A DNA stretch of 64,000 nucleotides. Origin: a virus (taxonomy: Duplodnaviria > Heunggongvirae > Uroviricota > Caudoviricetes). The DNA lies in IMG/VR virus record IMGVR_UViG_3300049460_000121, positions 1 through 64,000 of that record; one strand, written 5' to 3'. The notes beneath the pieces were generated by a model. The model worked only from the letters and a program-made list of their open reading frames with translations, searched no databases and had not been told where the DNA came from. This document shows, one piece after another, positions 52,119 to 62,916 of the stretch. Within the stretch, counting starts at the first letter, position 1, and each line of letters starts with the position of its first letter. The position numbers and the translations under genes are program-made.

Positions 52119-52625
52119 TTAAGCTTGGATGTCACCGACGTAGATTTTCATGGTGCCGATCAGGTCTTCGAAACCGGCGGTGAGGATCCATTGCTGGATC
52201 AGCGCTTCGAGCGACAAACCTGCACACATCTGCAAGGTCTGTTTGGCCGCATCGTTCAGCTGTGGGGGACCCACGGTGGTGTCTTCGCACGGCTTGAGGA
52301 GTAACGCCCAATCCTGGAACGACAGACCGCGACGGGTTTTATCACCGTTCACGATCGCAGCCGTTTCCAGAACGAAAGACGTCACGGAAGCCGATACGAG
52401 TACACCGGGTTGCAACAGGTTGTCGAACAAACCACCAGCCGCAGACCAGGCACGCAGCACCGTCTCCAAAGTCTCGAGCTCCGCAGGGAAACTGATCTCT
52501 TGGTTAGTGGCGCTGCTCGCATACAACGCATCGATATTAGCGTCGTGATACAGAACAGGAGCGTCCTGGGTCTGTGGAGCTTGGTTGTTCGTAGGAAACC
52601 CGCTTACGGTGTAAACGAGGCCCAT
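52119..52625 (-). CDS. Conserved hypothetical protein (gp91-like)
   Basis: IQQW....GFEDL motif; TAATG coupling. Confidence 0.6.
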   Translation of the reverse strand: MGLVYTVSGFPTNNQAPQTQDAPVLYHDANIDALYASSATNQEISFPAELETLETVLRAWSAAGGLFDNLLQPGVLVSASVTSFVLETAAIVNGDKTRRGLSFQDWALLLKPCEDTTVGPPQLNDAAKQTLQMCAGLSLEALIQQWILTAGFEDLIGTMKIYVGDIQA

Positions 52626-53527
52626 TAGTTCCCCTCCATCGAGGCGATCTTCGCACGGACCAGAACGAGTTCACGTTCGTAGCCTTCGATGATCGATTGG
52701 GTGCGCGCGTCGGTAGCGCCGCGACCTGATTGGGTCAGCGCTTCGAGACGCATCTCGCAGGCACGGCGTTCTTTCTTCGCACGCTCGTAACGCTCGATAT
52801 CACGGTTGACGGAACGAATGCCAACCGAGGTAAAGAGGCCAGAGAGCAAAGGCACGACGCCGAGTTCAAGAGGATCACCGGCACCGCCCATCAATGCTGG
52901 TACCGGGATAGCCTCATGGCCACCGTTGGAAACCACCAACTCCGGGATGCCTTGTAACTTCCCCATGATCACACGAGGGTCGTCATACAAGAGCTCGAGG
53001 ATTCGGAAGTAGGCCGCACGGTTGTTGTCCAACCATTCGATTTCAGCTTTGCTCAATTCACCTTTCTCGGGAGACTGGAAGACCAATACGTTGGTCTCAG
53101 CCGTCACCAGCCGCAACATGAAGCGGCTGGTATAGTCACCGAAGAAGTCAAGGATCTCAATCAGGCGCAACAGCGTCACGGTCTGATAGGTGATGCCTTC
53201 CACATGGATGGTATCTTTCAACACCTTCGCCGTGTGATCGGTGAGTAGCTCACCGAGTTTGAGGGCATGGTCCTTGGCCTGCTCGATCGTCTCGAGCAGA
53301 GGGTTGCGCAGGTTGCGAATGCGCGATGGCACGAACTTCAGGAACGCCGCCAGGAATTCCTTGCCGTACTGCGAGGAGTACGTGGCACCAGGCAAGGCCT
53401 GGATGAGGTTCTCGAGGGCTGGACCGACGACGTCAGCCAGTTTGGACATTGCCAGGCGCAATTTCTCACGCACATCCTTTTTACCGAATGTAGGCAACAG
53501 ACGGCGGATAAACTCAAGGGGCTTCAT
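52625..53527 (-). CDS. Inner-body protein (gp90-like)
   Basis: LLP.F.K start, DP...G, C-terminal coiled coil; synteny. Confidence 0.65.
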   Translation of the reverse strand: MKPLEFIRRLLPTFGKKDVREKLRLAMSKLADVVGPALENLIQALPGATYSSQYGKEFLAAFLKFVPSRIRNLRNPLLETIEQAKDHALKLGELLTDHTAKVLKDTIHVEGITYQTVTLLRLIEILDFFGDYTSRFMLRLVTAETNVLVFQSPEKGELSKAEIEWLDNNRAAYFRILELLYDDPRVIMGKLQGIPELVVSNGGHEAIPVPALMGGAGDPLELGVVPLLSGLFTSVGIRSVNRDIERYERAKKERRACEMRLEALTQSGRGATDARTQSIIEGYERELVLVRAKIASMEGN

Positions 53528-53556
53528 AGTGGCTCGCTCGATGCAGGGGTGGGGAA

Positions 53557-54801
53557 TTACAGACGACCAGGAACGCGGCCTTCCATGAACATCTTCATAA
53601 CGTCAGTCAGGTCGTTAGACTTGCCGCCGCCTTTCAGATCTTTCATGGCGTAGACGCCAGCCTGTTCGATGTCACGGGTGTACAGCGTGACGGTGTCGTG
53701 GTCGGTGTCGATCACGAACAGCAGCATCATCAGCGAGTCGTCGAAGATCTGCTGGCGAACGCTGAAGTCGTCGATACGACCGTCGATGGTGTTTTCCAGA
53801 TCACGGATGGTGTCGCGGGTAGTGATAGCGATCGAGGACGCTACACCGACCGAAGTCTCACCAGTCATCAGGGTGGCCAACAGACCTTTGTTCGCACGCT
53901 TGTACGCCGAGCGGAAGTAGCCGGACTTGTCAGCCATGGCCGCTTGACGATAACGGTCGATGTAATCCTGGTTCATGACCAGATCACGCCACATCGAGAT
54001 TTCGCCCACACGCCATTTGCGCATACGAGCCGAACGAGAGCGATCTTCGCCACCGAGGGCCAGGATCTCTTTCATGACGTGTGGATCAGCACCGATGGTG
54101 CGCAGACGGATCTGCACAGGCAGAGTGGCTTTCTTGCCATTCTTCTCGATGGTCACGTCGACGATCTGACCAACGGCCAGGTTGTCGATGTCCTTCACGG
54201 TAGCAGCCGCAGCGTTGACGCTGATGCCAGTATCGCGTTGGTCGTCAGCACGAGCACCAGCCGCATCCATTACCTTGGAGAAGGCGCTAGGATTGGACTG
54301 AACCGACTGCGGAAGCGCGGCTTCAGTGCAGTAGTTGCTGTAGCGTTCCAGACCAGCAGCTTCGCCAACAAATGGCAAGCCGAATTGGTATGACTCGGTA
54401 GACAACAGGTTCAGTGTGGCCGCACCAGCAGAACGGTCCGGCGCGAACCGATCCAGGTACTTGGAGACCTTGATGCCTTCGATGGTGTTATCCGCAGCAA
54501 CTGCCATCAGGTAGTACGCAGTGAACAGGCGCTGAGCGGTGTTCAACACGTCTTTGATGTTGGCGTAGCGCGCGGCGCGTTGGTCGATAAGGGTGAAGGG
54601 TTCGATCCGAACCGATTGAGTGGCACGGACATAGTTACCAGGAGAACGCTCCATGGTAGTAGTCAGCGCCTTCAGTGCGGAATCGATACCGGTATCAACG
54701 CCTTTCTTGACGACAGCTTGAATCCCTGCATCGAGCGCGGATTTGGCGGCTGCGAGAGCAGTGGCTTTAAGCACATTGCCCACAATTAATCCGAGGGTCA
54801 T
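53557..54801 (-). CDS. Inner-body protein (gp89-like)
   Basis: R.EP, YYL.A, LSTE, NLAVG, GEI..W.DL..QD pattern; synteny. Confidence 0.7.
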   Translation of the reverse strand: MTLGLIVGNVLKATALAAAKSALDAGIQAVVKKGVDTGIDSALKALTTTMERSPGNYVRATQSVRIEPFTLIDQRAARYANIKDVLNTAQRLFTAYYLMAVAADNTIEGIKVSKYLDRFAPDRSAGAATLNLLSTESYQFGLPFVGEAAGLERYSNYCTEAALPQSVQSNPSAFSKVMDAAGARADDQRDTGISVNAAAATVKDIDNLAVGQIVDVTIEKNGKKATLPVQIRLRTIGADPHVMKEILALGGEDRSRSARMRKWRVGEISMWRDLVMNQDYIDRYRQAAMADKSGYFRSAYKRANKGLLATLMTGETSVGVASSIAITTRDTIRDLENTIDGRIDDFSVRQQIFDDSLMMLLFVIDTDHDTVTLYTRDIEQAGVYAMKDLKGGGKSNDLTDVMKMFMEGRVPGRL

Positions 54802-54859
54802 GGGGTTCTCCTAGAGTGCGTAGGGGTGTTGGACATAAAATTTGAAGACGAGGTTCACG

Positions 54860-55930
54860 ATGGCAGCAAACACAGAGGATTTCCTCTATAAGGAAGTCCT
54901 GACAGCATTAGCCGCACAGCAGGGTCAGCAGAACACCTGGGATGTTGTCGATAACATCTCTAGGGCGATGGGTAGCGGCTCCGAGTACAGTCGTTACGGA
55001 GACTACTTCTACGGCCTCAATCGACTCCCAAACCTTGCACCACTCCCAACACATCAAGAGCTGCAAGGCCTAGTCCTCTTTACAAGGCCAAGCCTTAATC
55101 TGTCATACGATAACATCTCGTATCTCAGGCCGATGACTCACCTACTGACTCAGGATCCTCAGACGTACCAGTACGCGGTCCGCATGATGCTGGATACCAC
55201 GACCAACCGAGCCACTGTAAACAAGTCGCCACTGGTCGATCCGTACATGCCGTACCTGACTTTGCTGAGCAACAGTATCGTCACCATGAGCCCTCCACCC
55301 GACATGGGAATCAACACCTATGTCAGTCCGGAAGGCCTGATGAAAGAAGCGTGGATCATGAACGACTCTATCGCAGAGTATAATGGCCGCTACGACATCA
55401 CGGCCACGTTCAACAACGTGAAAGGCGGTGCGATCCCGATGATGTTCCACGCGTGGCTTTCCTACATGGGTGCCATCCGTATCGGTCCTGCTGTTCCTCA
55501 CGCTGAAGCGCGGCGTAAAGACTGTATGGATTACTTCACTCGGATTGAGCGATTCAAGTTCGACACGAGTGGTCGCTTCATCGAACAATGGTTCCACACA
55601 GGTGCCAGCGTTCCGACCAACATCTCGATCGGTAGTGCGTTTGGTTACAACCGGGAAGAAGGCATCGAGATGGAGAACAAACAGTTCTCCGTTCAGTTTG
55701 CCTCGGTGGGTGCTGTCTACAACGACCCTATCCAGTTGATGGAATTCAACCTGCGGATGGAGAACTTCAACAAGAAGCTGGTGGCTCCCGGTTTGTACTA
55801 CGTGAAGATCCCGCATTCTCTCATCGCCGCGACGAACTACTACGGCTATCCGTATATCAACCTCGCCACTTACGAGATGGAATGGTGGATCGAGAAAGAT
55901 CTTCTGGACAAATTGACGAAAGGGCTTTGA
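54860..55930 (+). CDS. Virion structural protein (gp88-like)
   Basis: GLVLFTRP.LNLS.DN, DY.TRI.R, YNDP, YPYIN..T.E.EWW. Confidence 0.7.
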   Translation: MAANTEDFLYKEVLTALAAQQGQQNTWDVVDNISRAMGSGSEYSRYGDYFYGLNRLPNLAPLPTHQELQGLVLFTRPSLNLSYDNISYLRPMTHLLTQDPQTYQYAVRMMLDTTTNRATVNKSPLVDPYMPYLTLLSNSIVTMSPPPDMGINTYVSPEGLMKEAWIMNDSIAEYNGRYDITATFNNVKGGAIPMMFHAWLSYMGAIRIGPAVPHAEARRKDCMDYFTRIERFKFDTSGRFIEQWFHTGASVPTNISIGSAFGYNREEGIEMENKQFSVQFASVGAVYNDPIQLMEFNLRMENFNKKLVAPGLYYVKIPHSLIAATNYYGYPYINLATYEMEWWIEKDLLDKLTKGL

Positions 55931-55931
55931 A

Positions 55932-58865
55932 ATGAAATCCAGTGACATCCTTGCCCAGATGGCGGACTTGCGCTACGAGCCAACTCGCCTTCAAGGTTAC
56001 TTGATGGGATTGGTGGAAGACGTGTTTGAGGGGGAAGTTCTCCTGACTGACCCTGGCCTCCCCTTTCCGTTCCTGATGGAGTCTTCTGTTATTCTGACAG
56101 CGGCGGCCATCCAACGTGATGAAGTGTTGACGTCTCGCCAGTTCCCCAACATGGCCAAGACTGATGAAGACCTCTACCACCACTTGACCGATGCGGACTT
56201 CAGCAAGATGTTCGGTTCGGCTGGTGAGGCTTGGTTCTACATCTACCTGTCCAAAGAAGAAGTGCTGGCGTCTGCGGTGCAGGTCGGTCAAACCCGTACA
56301 CGTAAGCTGACCATCCCACGCCATACGTCGATCACGACCAACGGCATGGTCTTCACCATGCAGTACCCGATCAACTTCATCGTGAAAGCTCACGGTGGCA
56401 TTGACGTGGTGTACGACGCCTCCATCCCTTCTCCGTTGCAGACCCTCAAGGGCAACCGGGTAATCGTGGAGCCCGTCTGGTTGAAGATGGTGACGCCTGG
56501 CCAGAAGCCAGTGGAGTTCCTGCGGTTGAAGGTCAAGCTCAAGCAAATGAAGTTGACCAGCTACATCGCCGCCTTGACTCAGTCGACCTCCTTGAAGAAG
56601 GTCTACGAGCTGTCCGATAACTACTTGTACACTCGTGCGTTCTACATGCGTTCGGATGGCAAGTGGGAACCGATGCAGACCACGCACTCCCAACAAGTGT
56701 TCGATGCCTTGAAGCCTACGCTCTTGCTCAAGGTAATCGGGAACGAGTTGACGGTCGAGCTGCCGTACGTCTATTACCTCAGCGGTGCAGTCACCCGGAA
56801 CATTCGTATTGATGTCTACACCACCAAAGGTGAGATCAACATGAACCTGGGTAACCTGGATGCGAAGGCGTTCACGGCTGACTACCTCGATTTGGACAAC
56901 GATGACGCTGGCATCTATTCCGCTCCATTGGAAGTGATGTCCACCATCGCCATCATGTCGACTGACACAGCGTCGGGCGGTACTTCGGCTCCGACCTTTG
57001 CTGAACGTCGTGACCGGATGCTGAACAACGCTACGGGTCCTCAGGTGATCCCGATCAGTAACGCTCAGATGGATACCACGCTCGCCGATCTGGGCTTCAA
57101 CGCTCAGATGTACATGGATGACGTGTCGATCCGTACCTACCTTGCGTCTAAGGCTATGCCTAACAACGTGGGCGGTCAAGCGTCGACGGGTATCGATACC
57201 GCAGTGATGACCATGAAGACCACGCTCGAGCAAATCGCTGGGCTGGAAACCGTGATTGTCAACGGCGATCGGTACACGATCACTCCGAAGACCATGTACC
57301 GCAACATGGACGGCGTGTTGACCATCCTGAACGATACGCAGCGTAAAGCGCTGGAGTTGATGTCGGGTGAGCAACTGGTGAACGGTATCTCTGGCAAGAA
57401 CTTCTTGTTCACGCCACTGCACTACGTGCTCGATGCAACAGAGAATCGGTTTGTGGTGCGTCCGTACTATTTGGCTGATCCTTCGTTCGACCTGACCTCC
57501 TACTCGGCCAGTAACGACACGCTGGGTCTGACCATCAGTAGCTCTAACGTCCGCAGCATCAAGCAGACGGATGCAGGCTACGTGATTCAGATCGTCACTG
57601 ACTCCAACGATGTCTGGAAAGCGCTGGATGATGAGCAGTGTCATGTTCAGCTTGCATACATGCCGAAGTTCGAATCCAACTTTGCGTACCTCAAAGGCAC
57701 GTTGCTGGGTAAGACCGCGACCAATGAGCGGATCTACGAGTTTGTGATCGGCACCAACTGGGACATCGATGAGCAGCATCAGCTGACCACCCGTTCGTTC
57801 CAGATGTTCGATGACACGCCCCGTAACTTCAAGTTGGACTTGGACGTGGACCTACACCTCCTGTGGTCTGTCTCTGACTACACGGTGATCGGTTCTGAGT
57901 CTTCTGACGTGGACAGCTTCCTGGGCCGCTTCCAGCTGCCTTACGAAGTAATCGGTGTCTACCATGAGAACATTGGTTTGAAGTTCGGTGACGAGCTCAC
58001 AGGCCTTTGGGCGATGTCTCGCGGCATGGTGGGCGATCGTAAGCCGCTGGTGTACGACGAAGACGTTCCAGCCCGTTACCCATCGACGGTGTACGAGATC
58101 GATCCCGTCACTAACCGTCCTAAGGTCATCACTGACGGGGATGGTAAGCGGACCTTGGTCGTCAAGTTCGCCAAAGGTGAGTTGGAGAAGAACGAAGACG
58201 GGTCGCAACGCATGCGCTACTTCAAAGGTGAAGCGCAGATGGACGAATACGGGAACGTCATCTACGAAGGTGAACGTAACCTGCTTCGTTGGTGGGATGT
58301 CTGCCTATTCGACGCCGTGTACCGTTACAGTACTGACGTGCTCGACGTGGCGTACCTGCGGACCGTACCTGCGATTCTCGTGGAATGGATCAACGACCTG
58401 TTGGCTCCTATCCGTTCGTCGGTATTGGACCGTACCCTGTTGTACTACCAGCCGTTGAACTCGTTGAAGCACATCGACGTGCTGGTGGAAGACGGGGAAG
58501 ACCGTGTTATCTACGCCGCACAAGACCTGAAGATCGACTACTACGTCAGCAAGCAGGTCTACGAAGACTCAGGTCTCCGTTCCAGCCTGCAAGCCTCGGC
58601 AATCGCTGCCGTGATCAAAGGGTTAGACAAGGTTGTGGTGTCACGTAACGGTCTGGAGACAGACATCAAGGGCACAGCTGGGGCTGACGTGATCAGCGTC
58701 CGTGTCAGTGGTCTGGGTGGGTTGGAGAATGACTTCAACGTGATTACGATCAAGGATGAATCGGCACGTATGTCGGTGGCCAAGTCGTTGGGTATTCGTC
58801 CTGATAACACTATCAGTGTCGTGGACTCGATCAAGGTCAACTTCCTGCGTCACACCGAAAGCTAA
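55932..58865 (+). CDS. Large virion structural protein (gp87-like, baseplate-wedge type)
   Basis: Size, synteny, DLY.H, DVYTTKG, FTPLHY motifs. Confidence 0.7.
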   Translation: MKSSDILAQMADLRYEPTRLQGYLMGLVEDVFEGEVLLTDPGLPFPFLMESSVILTAAAIQRDEVLTSRQFPNMAKTDEDLYHHLTDADFSKMFGSAGEAWFYIYLSKEEVLASAVQVGQTRTRKLTIPRHTSITTNGMVFTMQYPINFIVKAHGGIDVVYDASIPSPLQTLKGNRVIVEPVWLKMVTPGQKPVEFLRLKVKLKQMKLTSYIAALTQSTSLKKVYELSDNYLYTRAFYMRSDGKWEPMQTTHSQQVFDALKPTLLLKVIGNELTVELPYVYYLSGAVTRNIRIDVYTTKGEINMNLGNLDAKAFTADYLDLDNDDAGIYSAPLEVMSTIAIMSTDTASGGTSAPTFAERRDRMLNNATGPQVIPISNAQMDTTLADLGFNAQMYMDDVSIRTYLASKAMPNNVGGQASTGIDTAVMTMKTTLEQIAGLETVIVNGDRYTITPKTMYRNMDGVLTILNDTQRKALELMSGEQLVNGISGKNFLFTPLHYVLDATENRFVVRPYYLADPSFDLTSYSASNDTLGLTISSSNVRSIKQTDAGYVIQIVTDSNDVWKALDDEQCHVQLAYMPKFESNFAYLKGTLLGKTATNERIYEFVIGTNWDIDEQHQLTTRSFQMFDDTPRNFKLDLDVDLHLLWSVSDYTVIGSESSDVDSFLGRFQLPYEVIGVYHENIGLKFGDELTGLWAMSRGMVGDRKPLVYDEDVPARYPSTVYEIDPVTNRPKVITDGDGKRTLVVKFAKGELEKNEDGSQRMRYFKGEAQMDEYGNVIYEGERNLLRWWDVCLFDAVYRYSTDVLDVAYLRTVPAILVEWINDLLAPIRSSVLDRTLLYYQPLNSLKHIDVLVEDGEDRVIYAAQDLKIDYYVSKQVYEDSGLRSSLQASAIAAVIKGLDKVVVSRNGLETDIKGTAGADVISVRVSGLGGLENDFNVITIKDESARMSVAKSLGIRPDNTISVVDSIKVNFLRHTES

Positions 58866-58866
58866 C

Positions 58867-58911
58867 AGCATAAAGCCACCTACCCCGCAAGGAGTAGGTG
58901 GCCTTGTGTCG
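58867..58911. terminator. Bidirectional terminator
   Basis: GCCACCTAC/GTAGGTGGC stem, GCAA loop; tails TTTATGCTG (-) and CTTGTGTCG (+). Confidence 0.75.
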
Positions 58912-58912
58912 C

Positions 58913-59698
58913 TTATGTTTCTGGGGACTCTTTCGCGAGCAGTTCCCGATCCTTCTGATACATCGCAGCAGTGTCGCTGGCGATCGCGTCTACCAGTTCG
59001 GCGCTTGGCTCCCAACGCTCCCATTTCCGCTTAGGGGTGTTGATGCCGATGGTGCAGAGTGGGAAAGGTTCCGCTTCCGTCTGCGCCGGGATCAGACGTA
59101 TAGTGGACGGCATGTCTGGAGCCTCGTCCTTCTCCCAGACGTACTCGAAGTTGTGACCGTACAGATGCACGTACTTACTGCGATCAAACTGAGCGGTCAC
59201 CCAGTTTACCACCGCGCGCCATTCGTAATTATCGACCGGACCCAGGAATAGGTACTCGCGAACATACCGAGGTTGGCCCACGGTGGTCGGACCTTCTTTA
59301 CTCATCCAGACCGTAGCAAACGTCAAGACCATGTGGACATGACGTTTCCTGCAATCGAAGAAGTACTGACGCTTGACCAGCTCTTCGCCTTCCTGCGCAG
59401 GGTCTGCGTGAGGGAAGAACGTCTCGGCAGGAGGCCGGCGAACGTCATGCTGGTTATAAGTGCCGTTGAAGAAGTGCTGGAACTGCGCTGCGATCGCCGA
59501 GAAGATCGGACTGACGTTGAATTCCTTCGGACCATCGGGCGTTACGATAGTCAGGCTAGTGGCGTAGTTAGCGCCATCCGGATTCAACAGACCAAGTAGC
59601 TCATTGATACTTTGTTTGACCAACGCCTGATCGGCTGTGCGGTGGACCTCTTCAACAGCGAGCTCCTCGTCGGTCTTGAAACGTACGTGTTCGGTCAT
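58913..59698 (-). CDS. Hypothetical protein coupled to the polymerase subunit
   Basis: GGAGG RBS, ATGA overlap. Confidence 0.7.
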   Translation of the reverse strand: MTEHVRFKTDEELAVEEVHRTADQALVKQSINELLGLLNPDGANYATSLTIVTPDGPKEFNVSPIFSAIAAQFQHFFNGTYNQHDVRRPPAETFFPHADPAQEGEELVKRQYFFDCRKRHVHMVLTFATVWMSKEGPTTVGQPRYVREYLFLGPVDNYEWRAVVNWVTAQFDRSKYVHLYGHNFEYVWEKDEAPDMPSTIRLIPAQTEAEPFPLCTIGINTPKRKWERWEPSAELVDAIASDTAAMYQKDRELLAKESPET

Positions 59699-61488
59699 GC
59701 GGCCTCCATATCCAGTTTGGCTTGTTCGACCCATTGATCGAGAGTCGGCATCTTGCAGATCGTTTGCACGATTTCAAGACAGTTCTCTTGCGGGCCAGTA
59801 AGGTTGATCGATGCATGCCGCTGTACCTCACGACCCACACCACGGATTTTACAAGGTTCATTCATCGTCGTCTCTTTCGAGAGGTTCTGAATGATCTCCG
59901 CCGTAGGGTAAGTAGTTTCAACGTCGGCGTCGGAGTTGAATACGTGAATCATACTGCGGACGTCTGGCATGTCCTCGAAGAGGAACAGTCCACTGTCCAC
60001 CACGTTGTGGCTTGGGAAGGTTACGATCCACCCATCCTTGCCCATGACCTTGGCATCATTCTCGTCAGCCATTTGGTCAGAGGTGGAGCAGATGATCTTC
60101 TTGCGACGTTTCATGATGGAGAACATCATGTCGATCGCGTTGATGGTCGGTTGCGAGTTGAAGCGCGAGTAGTCACACGCACCCGCCAGCATGGAGATCT
60201 GCGACGACAAGTCGGAGTTCTTCTTGTCCAACACCCACAGACCCAAGGAGTCAAAGATGTTGTACACGCCGTAACGGACTTTGTGGTTCTTCTGCATGTC
60301 CATGTGCCAATGCAGAGTACCGGATGGGATCGCCGAGTCTTCGACATCGTACTTGATCTTACCAATACCCAACTGACGCGTCAGAACTGCGTCCAAGCCG
60401 TACCCGCCTGATTCCTTACCCTTTGCCTTACGCAACTGCCAATACGTCTGCATGGCATCCTGGATACGCCAGGAGGAGGTAGTCAGTGCAATGTCCCAAC
60501 GCTCTTGAGGATCCAGACGCATTTCACGTCCAGAGGCGGTGCGCTTGATTGCCTGCCCCTGTTTCAGGAACGTGTTACGGAACTCGTAAGGAACGCGACT
60601 GTCCGAGGTCAAGTCAACCATGTCAATGCCAGCATGTTGGCACGACGCTTCGATTACCTTGGCGTCGTACATGACGTTCCAACCGGTGACGATGTCAGGC
60701 TGGTCTTCATGCAGGTCGTTGATCATGGAGCTGGTGATACCGATGTGGTCAGCAGCCTCATGAACACGGACGGGCATCTTCATGATGTCGTCCAAGAACG
60801 ATGGATACTCACCGGACTCTTTGTTCTTGAGTTTGTTGATCACCGTCTGCTGCCATCCGACCAGAGCCAACTTGAACTCTGCGATAACCTGTTCGGTGAA
60901 GTCAGTGATCTCAGGACACCATTCACCCTGAGCCACGTACAGATCGATGCCATCATCGTTTACCGCCGACCAGAGGATCGGACGAGTCCAATCACCGAAC
61001 ACGTCGGTCTCGGAGTCGATCACGGTTACGCGGTTCGGGTGGAATTGATCCGGCCACTTCTGCGCGTAGGTTTGTTTCATGAAGACTTCAGGACCCGCAT
61101 CCAGTCCGTAGAGGTATTGGCTACGTGCCAACATCCTTACACCGTGAGCTGGGTTGCCGAAACCTAAGCGGAAGCAGATGTCTTGACGCAGGTTCATTTG
61201 CGTTGACTTGAACATGTCCACGCGAGCCAGGTCTTCGAACTGGATCTTGTCCGGGTGAGTACGGAAGTGTGGCTTGGTCACCCAGTACGGACGCTCGAAG
61301 TTCTTGCGTCGACGCAGGTTTGGAATGCGGCGCCCATCTTTGAGGATCAGGTATTCCTTGATCGTGAGCATGTCATCACGCGAACCCTCACCGCTCGAAG
61401 TGGTGTAGGTAATGTGCTTACATTCACGCGCCACGACATCGCCCGGTTGTAGGGAGGCGATAATGGCATCAGCTTCTTTACGTTTCAT
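59695..61488 (-). CDS. Split family-B DNA polymerase, 3'-5' exonuclease subunit (gp82-like)
   Basis: ExoI IDSETD, ExoII GWNVMYD, ExoIII YNIFD, polymerase motif A-like DADVETTYP near the C-terminus. Confidence 0.85.
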   Translation of the reverse strand: MKRKEADAIIASLQPGDVVARECKHITYTTSSGEGSRDDMLTIKEYLILKDGRRIPNLRRRKNFERPYWVTKPHFRTHPDKIQFEDLARVDMFKSTQMNLRQDICFRLGFGNPAHGVRMLARSQYLYGLDAGPEVFMKQTYAQKWPDQFHPNRVTVIDSETDVFGDWTRPILWSAVNDDGIDLYVAQGEWCPEITDFTEQVIAEFKLALVGWQQTVINKLKNKESGEYPSFLDDIMKMPVRVHEAADHIGITSSMINDLHEDQPDIVTGWNVMYDAKVIEASCQHAGIDMVDLTSDSRVPYEFRNTFLKQGQAIKRTASGREMRLDPQERWDIALTTSSWRIQDAMQTYWQLRKAKGKESGGYGLDAVLTRQLGIGKIKYDVEDSAIPSGTLHWHMDMQKNHKVRYGVYNIFDSLGLWVLDKKNSDLSSQISMLAGACDYSRFNSQPTINAIDMMFSIMKRRKKIICSTSDQMADENDAKVMGKDGWIVTFPSHNVVDSGLFLFEDMPDVRSMIHVFNSDADVETTYPTAEIIQNLSKETTMNEPCKIRGVGREVQRHASINLTGPQENCLEIVQTICKMPTLDQWVEQAKLDMEAA

Positions 61489-61595
61489 TGATTCGGTGGT
61501 CCTGCTTGGTTAACTATCCAATGAACAGAGCTTGTAATTAATTAATGCGACTGCTGAAAAGGGTATGTATAAAACCTCATTCGAAGGACCCCACT

Positions 61596-62909
61596 ATGTT
61601 CGATCTTTCTGATCTGTCCGAGGAAGCGATTAGCGTCCAAGTGAACAGTGTATTCCCTAAACGCGTTGGGGAAATCTTTGCCAACTGCCTCGCCAACAAG
61701 GACGATCACGCGTTTGTCCTGATTGAGCTTGAGAAGCTCGCTAAGCTCACCTTCGATGAGACAGGCATCAACCTGTCCTTCGGTTACCTGAAGGCTGAAC
61801 TCATCGCTGGCAAGTACCTGTGCAGCATCAAGCAACCACAACTGAGTGCCTTCAACCCACTCATGCCGAAGATGTTGGCCAAGCTGGCAGCACTCGATTA
61901 CACCAACTTCGTTTCGGACGAACTGTTGAGCGGTAAGCTCGACATGCAGAAGGTCAAGGCGTCTGGCTTCTACAGTCAGATCCAGTTCCTGATCAAGTTC
62001 ACCCCTGAGATGTTTGATGGGCTACTCGATGCGAAAGAACTCACCTCGGTATTCATCCACGAGTGTGGTCATGCTTGGACCATCCTCGAGTTCATGGGTC
62101 AAACCGTGATCACCAACACGATCCTCGCTGAGTCGATCGGTAAGTTGGGTCCTGATGATTCAGCTGAACGCGTCTTCGAAGTCGGCAAGGCTGCCATCCT
62201 GATGGCTGGTGGTGAGGTTCCGGATGAAGTCTCTGACATGATGGACATTCTGGTCTGCATTCAACAAGGTCAGGAAACCCGTATCCAGAATCGCCTGAGC
62301 TCCAAGTACGTGGGTAACCGTCTGGTTGAGCGTGTAGCCGATCAGTTCGCTTCTCGCTTCCTGTTGGGCGCATCCCTGGTCACCGCCTTCGGTAAGATCG
62401 AACGCAACCGTAACCCACTCCTGGCGTCCTCTGGATACGACCCTAAGTGGGTGGGCATTACCTCCAACCTCTTGTCCGTCGTTACCTTTCCTTATAAGGC
62501 GCTGAATGCCGGTGCGTTCAAGTTGACCATCAGTATCCTTAAAGGTTACGCGTTGGCCACGGCTGCTCCGCTGCTCAAAGCTGCTACCACCGACTACATG
62601 AACGATCGCTTCGGCCTGGCAGATCGTGAGACGCCGTTGGAGCGTACTGCGTCGATTCGCCGTGAACTGGTAGGCTTCTTGAAGAACGGTGCCCTGGCTG
62701 ACGATGTACGCCGTCAGGTGCTGGCTGACCTCGCGACCATCGATGTGGAGATGCGCAACGTCCACAAATACGGTGACGTGATCACGAAGGCGTTCACAGG
62801 CGCCTATAACCTGGCGATTGGGCGTACTCATGCTGTGGGTCAAGCCACCGTACAGGAGTCTCTGGCCAACAACCGTTTGTATGAAGCCGCTGCATCCCTG
62901 AAAGGATAG
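61596..62909 (+). CDS. Virion protein with M48-like zinc metallopeptidase motifs (gp84-like)
   Basis: ELTSVFIHECGH, ERVADQFA, LVTAFGKI, TPLER; AAGGA RBS; upstream TATG. Confidence 0.7.
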   Translation: MFDLSDLSEEAISVQVNSVFPKRVGEIFANCLANKDDHAFVLIELEKLAKLTFDETGINLSFGYLKAELIAGKYLCSIKQPQLSAFNPLMPKMLAKLAALDYTNFVSDELLSGKLDMQKVKASGFYSQIQFLIKFTPEMFDGLLDAKELTSVFIHECGHAWTILEFMGQTVITNTILAESIGKLGPDDSAERVFEVGKAAILMAGGEVPDEVSDMMDILVCIQQGQETRIQNRLSSKYVGNRLVERVADQFASRFLLGASLVTAFGKIERNRNPLLASSGYDPKWVGITSNLLSVVTFPYKALNAGAFKLTISILKGYALATAAPLLKAATTDYMNDRFGLADRETPLERTASIRRELVGFLKNGALADDVRRQVLADLATIDVEMRNVHKYGDVITKAFTGAYNLAIGRTHAVGQATVQESLANNRLYEAAASLKG

Positions 62910-62916
62910 AGTCACC

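Noticed and set aside
48073-57779. Long antisense ORFs (48073-49485, 50732-52183, 55857-57779; also 38008-39426, 37037-38173, 34095-35048)
   Set aside because: They mirror strongly codon-biased real genes, have no recognisable motifs, and are typical shadow ORFs
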